From: a virus
Strand: one strand, 5' to 3'
IMG/VR virus record: IMGVR_UViG_3300027648_000002
Location: 1-56,659 of that record
Length of the DNA: 56,659 bases
How positions within the stretch are numbered: position 1 is the first letter of the stretch; each line of letters begins with the position of its first letter. The notes below the pieces were generated by a model. That model was not told the DNA's origin and did no database searches. It saw only the letters and a program-made list of their open reading frames with translations. This document shows, piece after piece, positions 15,046-22,674 of the stretch. Both the position numbers and the translations under genes were made by a program.

Positions 15046-15995
15046 GCTATGGACGGGTGTCTGCGGGATGGCTGGAGCATCTCGCGGACGGAGTGGGGGA
15101 GTCCGACCATGGGTTTGCCGCCTTCGTCATCGGCCCGGGTCAGTGCGCCGCGGCCGACGGCTTGGGTGGTCTCATACCACCAGCGGATCGTCTCCACGGC
15201 TCCGCGGCGCACGTTGGGCGGCACGGTCGACTGGCCGGCTTCGTAGACGACGTGCACGGCGTTGCGGCCGGGCATGAACTCGATCACGCCGCCGCCCGCG
15301 GTGCGTCTGGTCAGCTCGCCGAGCTGCGGGTTGACTTCGACGCTGTAGATCGAGCCGAACACGGGGTTAGGGACGAGCGAGAGGGGATACTCGATCGGGC
15401 CGCGGAACTCCGAGACGCCGAGGATGTTCAGGAGCGGGTTGGTTCCCCAGCCGTAGGTGGGTGGGTGCAGGAGGCTGATGATGTTGCTGCCGCCGTCGAA
15501 GCGTTCGTCGTAGATCTGCGGCAGGATCGGCCCGACGACTTCTTCGATCAAGGGCCGTACGGCTTCGATTTCGCCGAGCAGCCAGTCGTCGTGCTTGTGG
15601 TTGTCCGGGTCGATGAACAGCTTCTCCTTCAGTTCGCCGAGACCGACGAGCTGCGCGGCGCTCGCGGCGAACAGGTTGGGCTGGATCTCGAGCCACAGAT
15701 AACCGGTGGTTGGGAAGCTCTGGACTTCTCCGCCGGCGAATTTGACGCGCCAGTTGACCATGTAGTTGCCGGGCGTCGCCGTGTCCGCTGCGGAGGGGGC
15801 GTAGTTCAGCTTGCCGGCGGCCGCTTCGACGATGTTGACTTTGCCCGTGAGCGGCGCGGGTTCCCTGGCGGTCAGGGAGCGTAGGATGAATTCGACGGTG
15901 GCACCTTCGAGCTTGACGGGTTCGCCGTTGGAGTAGCTGAGCTGTTCCCCGAAGACAGGCTCGGTGTCGCCTTGCACGATCTGAAAATCCGGCAT
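15042..15995 (-). CDS. Head-tail adaptor/connector protein with an N-terminal Ig-like (BppU_N-like) domain
   Basis: N-terminus IVQGDTEPVFGEQL...PVKLEGATVEFILR. The middle region LGELKEKLFIDPDN...LLGEIEAVRPLIEEVVG is gp6-like. Confidence 0.55.
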   Translation of the reverse strand: MPDFQIVQGDTEPVFGEQLSYSNGEPVKLEGATVEFILRSLTAREPAPLTGKVNIVEAAAGKLNYAPSAADTATPGNYMVNWRVKFAGGEVQSFPTTGYLWLEIQPNLFAASAAQLVGLGELKEKLFIDPDNHKHDDWLLGEIEAVRPLIEEVVGPILPQIYDERFDGGSNIISLLHPPTYGWGTNPLLNILGVSEFRGPIEYPLSLVPNPVFGSIYSVEVNPQLGELTRRTAGGGVIEFMPGRNAVHVVYEAGQSTVPPNVRRGAVETIRWWYETTQAVGRGALTRADDEGGKPMVGLPHSVREMLQPSRRHPSIA

Positions 15996-16004
15996 GGAGC
16001 ACCT

Positions 16005-17594
16005 CTACTCGCCCGTGCGCTGGGAGGGATTCGAGCAACCGAGCACTTGAGATGGGCCGCTCTTGCCTGAGCGTTGGGATGGCGACGAGAACCCCGGTAG
16101 ACCAGGGCTCGGCTGGAACGCTTTGTTGGCAGTTGCCGACACCGCGCCCGCACCATGGCCTATCGCGGTCGATGTCCTACGAATCGTCGCTATGGTCGCG
16201 AGCGCCATCCCGGCACCCGAGGTACGAACCGCAATGCTGGCCCTCTTGGTGGCGCTGGCGTTGACGACGCCTGCACCATGCACGACGGCGGTGGCTGACG
16301 GCACCATCCGTCCCGACGCGGTCGCAGAGCCCGCTCCGTGGCCGCTCCCGGTGGCTGTAGCTCGACGGCCGGCCGTAGCCTGGCAGAGACCCGCCGTGTG
16401 GCTTTCGGCGACATTCGACGAGCGTTTGCTGCTGCCTACGGTGGACGCGGATCCGGCGCCGCTGGCGTGAGCTTCGTGTGACGCCAACACGGCATTGCCG
16501 GCTGCCGACGCCCCACCCGCCCCGTGAGCCACCACGGATGCTGTAGCGACACGCGACCCCGACGCGGTCGATCTACCGGTGCCGTGGGCAACAGACGAGG
16601 CCGACGCGATCCTTCCAACGGTCGCGGTCGCCTTCCCCGCACCCGACGTGCTGGCGGTGAGCGTGCCGCGCACCCCGTACGCCTGCAGAGGCAGTTCGCC
16701 CCATTCGATGGATTCCCAGGGAACCTTTTCGATCGTGGTGTAGGTCGAAGCGACCGACCGTTCGCTGTTTGTGCCGCCAGTCGTCTTGATCTTCAGGACC
16801 CCTTCACCGGCAGGGACCAGAAACGCGAGCGACTGAAATTTGCCTGCGCCTTCCCCAATCCGCAGTTCGAGACCGGTTACCGTCACCCAGCCGCCGCCCG
16901 AAGGGGTGCCCAGGTATGTCCCTACGCCCAGCAGGGCTCCGTTGCCGTGCGCGAACAGCCCGATCTGCACCTGCGTGGCCGTAGAGCCTGCGGGCCCGAC
17001 GTACAGGCGCATCATCCTTACGATGCCGCCGCCTTTGATCGGCAAGTATTCGCTGCGATAGATCACGCCCGGCAGCGCTTCGTGTTCGTTTTTGTAGGCT
17101 TCAGCTATCCCTGTCGATGGCCCCGCCAGCAACAGCAGCCCGGTCCCTTCGGCAGCGCAGAGTCCTGCGCCGTGAACCTGGGCGCTTGCCTGGACAGCGA
17201 TACGTGAGCTCGTGGCCTGCGCTTGCCCGGCGCCGTGCACAGCCGCGGCGCCAGCAGCAACCCTGGCGCCTTCGATCCGCGCGAGACCGGCACCAGTGAC
17301 TACCGCCGCAGATGAGGCGGTGCGCTTTGTGCTGGCAGTCGCTACGCCGGCGCCGTGAACGACGGCAGCAGTGGTGGCCACGCGCGACCCTTCAGCGCGA
17401 GCGCTCCCTGCGCCGTGGACTTCACCGGCACCCATCGCTACCCGCGAGGCTGTAGCCGCCCCAACGCCCGCACCGCTCACGGCCGCGAGCGCCACGCCCG
17501 GCGTCGCGGAGCTGCGGATAGGCCCGAACTCCCAGCTCCCGCGCTCATAGGCACGAGGGCGACGGCCCATGATCCCGCGCGCTATACGGGCCAT
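16005..17594 (-). CDS. Virion-module protein with about 15 tandem 20-aa HGAG repeats flanking a globular core
   Basis: Units such as VHGAGSARAEGSRVATTAAV and VHGAGVATASTKRTASSAAV recur N- and C-terminal to a roughly 170-aa beta-rich core. Good GC3. Confidence 0.7.
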   Translation of the reverse strand: MARIARGIMGRRPRAYERGSWEFGPIRSSATPGVALAAVSGAGVGAATASRVAMGAGEVHGAGSARAEGSRVATTAAVVHGAGVATASTKRTASSAAVVTGAGLARIEGARVAAGAAAVHGAGQAQATSSRIAVQASAQVHGAGLCAAEGTGLLLLAGPSTGIAEAYKNEHEALPGVIYRSEYLPIKGGGIVRMMRLYVGPAGSTATQVQIGLFAHGNGALLGVGTYLGTPSGGGWVTVTGLELRIGEGAGKFQSLAFLVPAGEGVLKIKTTGGTNSERSVASTYTTIEKVPWESIEWGELPLQAYGVRGTLTASTSGAGKATATVGRIASASSVAHGTGRSTASGSRVATASVVAHGAGGASAAGNAVLASHEAHASGAGSASTVGSSKRSSNVAESHTAGLCQATAGRRATATGSGHGAGSATASGRMVPSATAVVHGAGVVNASATKRASIAVRTSGAGMALATIATIRRTSTAIGHGAGAVSATANKAFQPSPGLPGFSSPSQRSGKSGPSQVLGCSNPSQRTGE

Positions 17595-17595
17595 C

Positions 17596-18807
17596 TCAGA
17601 TAACCGCCGAGCGTTGCACCGCCTGGCTCGCCATCAACACCCTGGGCAGCGCACTGGCCGCCGGCCCCACCACCACATAGGCGAGCGTGATGCCGCTCCA
17701 CAGGCCTGCTTCGGAGAACTTGCCCTTCGCGGTCAGCGTCGCGCCTTCCGCCGGGGTAGAGGTGTACTCTCCGCCGAGCGACAGGCCGGTCTGGTCAGCG
17801 CCCGTGAACGCTGTCATCCCGGCGCCGGCCGTGAACGTCCCGAGCGAGCCGGTGCTCGCGAAGAACGCGAGCCCGAAGTCGCCTTTGCCGCTGTTCGTTT
17901 TCGCCGAGGTCGATGCTTCGAGTTCGGTCGTGGCGAGCGCTGTCGTACCGGTCGCAGTCCCGCTCACGTCCACGCCCCCCGCGATGATGGCGACCTCACA
18001 TGCAGCGACATCAACCAGCACCAAGGAGCCCGCGACGGCCACTTTGACTTCGGTGATGCCTGCCGCGAGTCCTTTCGCTTTCCACGCCTGGAGGGTGGGG
18101 TGCACGCCGTCGTTGACTTCACCATCTAGGGTGTACGTGCTGCCTTTGTTGTCCGTTACGGTGGTGGCCGCGGCGACCCCCACGGCCGTCGCGACCGACA
18201 CGAACAAGTCGTTGCCGACGCCGGGTTCGGTGACCGTGACTTTGACAGTGCCCCCGCCGGACGGCGATTTTTCGGCGACGTGCCCGCTGCTGCGCCTGAG
18301 CGTCGCGGTTTCCGTTTCCACTTCGACGGACAGGTAGATCTCGTAGAAGTTGATCTGCGTCGAGCCGAGGTGTTCGGCCACAAGCAGTAGTTCTTCGAGC
18401 TTGGTCTTTGTTAGTTCTTCGGCCTGCGCTCTGGTCAGGCTGACCGTGAACCAGCCCTGGGCCGTGACTGTCGATTCCGGTTCGCTGCTCACCGATGGCG
18501 TGACGGTCCCGAACCGGATCAGTTTTTTCCCGGTCGCTGTCGATTTGACGTTGATATGGACCGTCGCGTTGACGACGGTCGCACCTTCACTGGTGAGTGC
18601 GCTCGTGAGCCCCGAAGGCAGCGTTAGGTTGCCTTCGACCTTCTTGCTGGCTGTCCCGATCTTCAGGAATTTGGCTGCGCCCGGGCTCGCGGGTTCTTCG
18701 ATCTGCCTCCCGACGACTTCTAGGGCAGTGCCGCCGCCTTCGATCGTCCATTCGTTGAGCGTGACTTCTTTGAGAAAGCAGTTGTATTTCTTCGTTTCGC
18801 GGGCCAC
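17596..18807 (-). CDS. Hypothetical virion protein (403 aa)
   Basis: Long ORF in the virion array with realistic T/S/A/V/G-rich composition. Confidence 0.6.
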   Translation of the reverse strand: MARETKKYNCFLKEVTLNEWTIEGGGTALEVVGRQIEEPASPGAAKFLKIGTASKKVEGNLTLPSGLTSALTSEGATVVNATVHINVKSTATGKKLIRFGTVTPSVSSEPESTVTAQGWFTVSLTRAQAEELTKTKLEELLLVAEHLGSTQINFYEIYLSVEVETETATLRRSSGHVAEKSPSGGGTVKVTVTEPGVGNDLFVSVATAVGVAAATTVTDNKGSTYTLDGEVNDGVHPTLQAWKAKGLAAGITEVKVAVAGSLVLVDVAACEVAIIAGGVDVSGTATGTTALATTELEASTSAKTNSGKGDFGLAFFASTGSLGTFTAGAGMTAFTGADQTGLSLGGEYTSTPAEGATLTAKGKFSEAGLWSGITLAYVVVGPAASALPRVLMASQAVQRSAVI

Positions 18808-18824
18808 TCAACGCTCCCGCGTGC

Positions 18825-19322
18825 TCAGCTCGGCCCCTGAATGAACTCGATGTAGGCGATGACCTTGACTTCCTGGGCCGCTTTGCACCGAAGCCCGAGC
18901 CCGACGAACGGCGATGTCAGCGCCGGGATTTCCGGCTCGCGGCCCAGGGGCGCCTGATACAGCAGCCCCGATGTCGGCGAGACCCGCCACACCTTCAGTG
19001 GGACGAGCGCCGTCGGCTCAGACGTTGCGGCAGCGAACGCCGTCATCGTGGCGGCTATCGCCGCCGCTGCGCCAGTGTTCCCGTTGCCTCTCGACATCGC
19101 CGGGGTCACGGACGTGTTGTTGGTGCCAGGCGTCGAGTTGGTCGCGTTCGTGGACTTGACGAGTTCGATCAGCACGGGTTCGTTGGCGGAGCTGACGCCG
19201 TTGAACGACACGCCGATCTCGACCACCTGGCCACCGATCAACGCCGTGGACTGCACCATCAGCACAGTCTTCGCGGTCGCCGCCGCGAGCGTCACTTCCC
19301 CGCTATTGGCCACATACTGCAT
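18825..19322 (-). CDS. Hypothetical virion protein
   Basis: 165 aa, in the array. Confidence 0.55.
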   Translation of the reverse strand: MQYVANSGEVTLAAATAKTVLMVQSTALIGGQVVEIGVSFNGVSSANEPVLIELVKSTNATNSTPGTNNTSVTPAMSRGNGNTGAAAAIAATMTAFAAATSEPTALVPLKVWRVSPTSGLLYQAPLGREPEIPALTSPFVGLGLRCKAAQEVKVIAYIEFIQGPS

Positions 19323-19325
19323 GAG

Positions 19326-19919
19326 CTACTGCGCGCCGAGAAGGTCGAGCGTGCTTTTTTTGACTTCGAACGAGCCGGCAGCAGAGAAAACTTCGGCCGT
19401 CACTTTCGCCAGCGCATACAACGTCCCGGCCGTCAACGCGGAATGGCTGGACACCCAGTTGACGGTGCACGCGCCCGCGATGACGACGGTGGCAGCGGCT
19501 TCTGATTCGGTCAAGGACTGTGCCGCCGCTTTCATCGTGACCGCTGCCCGCGTGTCGGACACCTCGGCGGCCTTGTGCACCGTGGCTGAGGACACGTTCG
19601 TGGTCCATGTGGCCTGCGCGAAGCTGGCCGTCTCAGAGAGTTCGATTTCGGTGGTGGAGACTTCTTTGACGAAGAACAGGCGTTCTGTGGCCGTCGTCCC
19701 TGTCAGTGACGCAAAGAGCGCGCCCGCGGTAGGACCAGCGAGTGCCGAGAAGTAGATCAGCATGCCGGTCGTCAGCCCGTGGGCTGTGTTGGATTTCAGG
19801 ATCGCGCCGGTACTCGTCCAGGTCTGCGCGAGCGTGGTGTCTTCATAGCAGCCGAGGTCTTTGACTTTGGCGACCATTTCGGCGAGCATCGCGTTCTTCG
19901 CATCCCCGGTGTACGGCAT
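19326..19919 (-). CDS. Hypothetical virion protein
   Basis: 197 aa, in the array. Confidence 0.55.
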   Translation of the reverse strand: MPYTGDAKNAMLAEMVAKVKDLGCYEDTTLAQTWTSTGAILKSNTAHGLTTGMLIYFSALAGPTAGALFASLTGTTATERLFFVKEVSTTEIELSETASFAQATWTTNVSSATVHKAAEVSDTRAAVTMKAAAQSLTESEAAATVVIAGACTVNWVSSHSALTAGTLYALAKVTAEVFSAAGSFEVKKSTLDLLGAQ

Positions 19920-19923
19920 CGCT

Positions 19924-20205
19924 CTACACCTGGCCTACGCTGATCGTGATGTGGTCTTTGACGGCACCCTCGTGGGGTGCGTGGCCGTCGTTGCCGTGGC
20001 CTTTCAGGCTCGCGGTCAAGGGCTCTGTGCCGAGCGCCCCGCTCGCGGCGAGAGAGACGCACGCTGCTTGGGCCGCCTTCACCTGCTCGGCCTCCTCGAC
20101 GGTCAGCTCGCGCTCGGGATTGCCCGACGGGACCACCGGCGCGTCCTCGGCTGCCTGCGCGAAATCCTCACCCGCGGTCGCGGGTACAACTGCTTCCCAG
20201 CTCAT
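19924..20205 (-). CDS. Hypothetical protein
   Basis: 93 aa, acidic, in the array. Confidence 0.5.
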   Translation of the reverse strand: MSWEAVVPATAGEDFAQAAEDAPVVPSGNPERELTVEEAEQVKAAQAACVSLAASGALGTEPLTASLKGHGNDGHAPHEGAVKDHITISVGQV

Positions 20206-20214
20206 AGGACGCTC

Positions 20215-20571
20215 CTAGATGTAGACGATGGTGAGCGGCGATGAGACCGCCGCGCTTGCGTGGATGATCAGCGACGTGGGGATCGCCGCTGGCAGCGAGT
20301 AGACCGTCGGGTTGGCCGGGCTGATGAGCAGACCCGTGTCTGCTTCGTTGGCGCTCGTGCGTAGCTTGAGTTCGGCTGTGCTCGCCGTGGGTGGGATGAT
20401 CAGGGCCGCCACCGTCCCTGCGGGCACGGTGAAGCGGTTGTCGCCGATGGTGAGCGGGGTGGCGAGCGTCTCGCCGATCACGACCGTGCCCTGGATGGTT
20501 ATCGGTCCGATCTGCCGGGAGCCGGCGGGCTCGGTCGCCGAGAGGCCCGTGATGTTCAGCGTGCCCGCCAT
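20215..20571 (-). CDS. Hypothetical small beta-rich protein
   Basis: 118 aa. ATGA-type junction with the upstream gene. Confidence 0.55.
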   Translation of the reverse strand: MAGTLNITGLSATEPAGSRQIGPITIQGTVVIGETLATPLTIGDNRFTVPAGTVAALIIPPTASTAELKLRTSANEADTGLLISPANPTVYSLPAAIPTSLIIHASAAVSSPLTIVYI

Positions 20572-21368
20572 TAGGCGAGCATGACCAGCGGCGCGATCGT
20601 CTTGCTCGTGACGGTCGTTTCCAGTTTGGCCTGTGCTTTTTCGCCGCCTTCGGATGCGGGCGCGGTCGTGAACGACAGGCCGATCGGGCCTTCACGGGTG
20701 CCCTGGGTGCCTTTCTGCTGAAAGCCCGCTTTGTAGTTCGTCTTGGCTTCTGGGGCCGTGACGGTCCAGCACGTCGGCGCGCCCGAGGTCACGATCGCGA
20801 ACATGACATAGATGAAGCCGTTGGGGCAGTTCGCTTCGGTCGCTTCGACGGTCCCTTTCAGCTTGAACCACGTCATCGTGTGCGCAACCCATGCCGTGCT
20901 GCCGCGGTTCGGTGATTCCTGGATCAGGACAGGCGCGGCGCTCTTGCCTTCATAGAGCGCGGCGACACCCCCCGTGGTGGTCCCGGCGGTTTCCCCGGTG
21001 AACACTCCGACTTCGGAGAAGATGTCGCCGAGTCGCACTGGCACCGCGACGACGTTCTGGACGGTCGTGGCACCGGGCGGCGCTTCGTCTTTCAAGCTCC
21101 CAAGCCCCATGTAGTCGCCGTTGGAGCGGCCCAGCCGGGACGGGAGCGCGACCTGTCTGACGTTGCCGTACAGGACCGCTGTCTCGCCCAGCGCCGAGCT
21201 TTCAGCGCCAGCGGCCGCCGAGACCTCTGAGGACGGCCCGAGGCTCAGGTTCGCGAGCGTGGCTATGACCGTGCTCACGGGGATCGCGAGCACGTTGGCG
21301 ACTTCGGCGACGCCCATCCTGGCGCCATAGGCCAGGTCGAAGATGCGTTCGTTCTGCGTGATAGCCAT
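20571..21368 (-). CDS. Hypothetical virion protein, paralog of 21976..22599
   Basis: Shares VAVPV..GD, (A)PNG(F/Y), PTC..VT and a C-terminal ...PL..L. pattern with the 207-aa protein. Confidence 0.6.
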   Translation of the reverse strand: MAITQNERIFDLAYGARMGVAEVANVLAIPVSTVIATLANLSLGPSSEVSAAAGAESSALGETAVLYGNVRQVALPSRLGRSNGDYMGLGSLKDEAPPGATTVQNVVAVPVRLGDIFSEVGVFTGETAGTTTGGVAALYEGKSAAPVLIQESPNRGSTAWVAHTMTWFKLKGTVEATEANCPNGFIYVMFAIVTSGAPTCWTVTAPEAKTNYKAGFQQKGTQGTREGPIGLSFTTAPASEGGEKAQAKLETTVTSKTIAPLVMLA

Positions 21369-21379
21369 GCTCGCTCCCT

Positions 21380-21676
21380 TCAGATGATCTTTGCGAGGAT
21401 CTCCGAGGACTTGAGGACCACGAGGTCTTCGCCGTTGAACCGGATCTCTGTGCCGCCGTACTTGCTGTAGAGGACTTCGTGCCCGGCGGCGATCTCCGGC
21501 TCGATACGGACGCCTCGGTCTGTGAGGGCGCCGGGGCCTGTCGCGATCACGGTCCCGATCTGTGGCTTCTCGGCCGCGACAGCGGGAAGGATGAGGCCGC
21601 TCGCGCGCTCGAGGTCCTCCGGGGTGGGCCTGATGACTACCCGGTCAGCGAGCGGGCGGAGTTCCTGCTGGTGCAT
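21380..21676 (-). CDS. groES: GroES / Cpn10 co-chaperonin homologue
   Basis: 98 aa with an AGGAGG RBS. LRPLADRVVIRP, ASGLILP, AEKPQIGTVIATGPG and VLYSKYGGTEIRFNGEDLVVLKSSEILAKI are near-canonical actinobacterial GroES motifs. Confidence 0.9.
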   Translation of the reverse strand: MHQQELRPLADRVVIRPTPEDLERASGLILPAVAAEKPQIGTVIATGPGALTDRGVRIEPEIAAGHEVLYSKYGGTEIRFNGEDLVVLKSSEILAKII

Positions 21677-21711
21677 GCGTGGCCTCCTGGCGCATAGGGT
21701 TTCACTGAAAC

Positions 21712-21975
21712 CTATCCCGTCTTGAGGTCCGCCTCGGGATTGCAGGTCGGGCAGCGGTCGGCGAGCTGGTCGTGCTCGCAGCGCGGGCGCGGTGGCCGCC
21801 CGCGACGCGGGCGCGGCGGAACGGCCGTCTCCATCGCCTCGGGCGTCGCTGTCTCCAGCGGCGCGTCGAGCCGGGCAAGCTCCACGTCCATGCAGTGCAC
21901 CATGCTCGCGTCCCCCCGCGCCCGGGCGTTCGCCCGGGCCTCGCGGAAGGACTGGATGCGCTCGGCTCGCCCCAT
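21712..21975 (-). CDS. Hypothetical small protein
   Basis: 87 aa, directly abutting the flanking genes. Confidence 0.45.
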   Translation of the reverse strand: MGRAERIQSFREARANARARGDASMVHCMDVELARLDAPLETATPEAMETAVPPRPRRGRPPRPRCEHDQLADRCPTCNPEADLKTG

Positions 21976-22599
21976 CTACGTGAGGAAGATGAGCGGCACT
22001 TTTTCGAGGCCGACCTGGGCTTTGATCGTCAGGGCGGCTGCGGCGAGCGTCGCGCTTTTCTGTGCGGTGGTCACAGCGAAGCACGTCGGCGTGGTGGCGA
22101 ACCAGTTGTACTGCACTTTCGGTTTCATTTCGAAGCCGACCTGCGTGCCGGGTGTGGCCGCTTCGAGGTTCACGCCGGCGAACAGGTAGCCGTTTGGTGC
22201 GTTCGCGTTGTTGACGTACAGCGGGCTTTCCAGGGTGTAGGCGATGGCGGCGTATTCCGTCAGTTCGGTCGTGCCGCCCGCTTTGCTCTGCCCCAGCAGT
22301 TTCGGTTCGTTGGTGCCCGTGAGGCCCGAGTAGACCGCCGCGAACTGGTTCGTGATGGAGCTGCCGACAGCGGCCTGCAACATCGTGACCTTCGTGATGA
22401 CGTCGCCTTCCTGGACGGGGACCGCGACGAACGTGCCTTCTTTCGTCGTGATCATCGCCGCTGCGAGCAGCGAGTTGAGCCCCACGCCATACAGGTTGGA
22501 GCGTGCGGCGTTCTGCGAGTTGGTGACGTTGCTGGGGCGCCCCAGCAGCTTCCAGATCGGGTCTTCCTGGTGGTAGTGCCCGCCTGCGAGATCGGTCAT
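21976..22599 (-). CDS. Hypothetical virion protein, paralog of 20571..21368
   Basis: 207 aa, the first gene after the capsid-gene terminator. See the paralogy motifs listed for 20571..21368. Confidence 0.6.
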   Translation of the reverse strand: MTDLAGGHYHQEDPIWKLLGRPSNVTNSQNAARSNLYGVGLNSLLAAAMITTKEGTFVAVPVQEGDVITKVTMLQAAVGSSITNQFAAVYSGLTGTNEPKLLGQSKAGGTTELTEYAAIAYTLESPLYVNNANAPNGYLFAGVNLEAATPGTQVGFEMKPKVQYNWFATTPTCFAVTTAQKSATLAAAALTIKAQVGLEKVPLIFLT

Positions 22600-22628
22600 G
22601 ACTGTGTTCCTTTCGAGCGAAGTTGGTC

Positions 22629-22661
22629 GGGGCGACCCCCCTGGAGGGAAGGGGCCGCCCC
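22629..22661 (-). terminator. GC-rich stem-loop after capsid gene 1 (attenuator or terminator, no U-tract)
   Basis: GGGGCG (22629-34) pairs with CGCCCC (22656-61), and 4 further inner bp follow a bulge. Lies between the stop at 22675 and the next start at 22599. Confidence 0.4.
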
Positions 22662-22674
22662 GTGCGTGTGCTGC

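Noticed and set aside
16079-17483. Roughly 60-nt periodicity that could be mistaken for a CRISPR array or noncoding tandem repeat
   Set aside because: The repeats are imperfect at the DNA level, have no unique spacers, and lie inside a long ORF with good codon bias. The periodicity is at the protein level (20-aa HGAG units).
16005-17594. Diversity-generating retroelement target (variable repeat) hypothesis for the HGAG protein
   Set aside because: No reverse transcriptase ORF and no template-repeat copy with adenine-specific differences was seen anywhere in the window.
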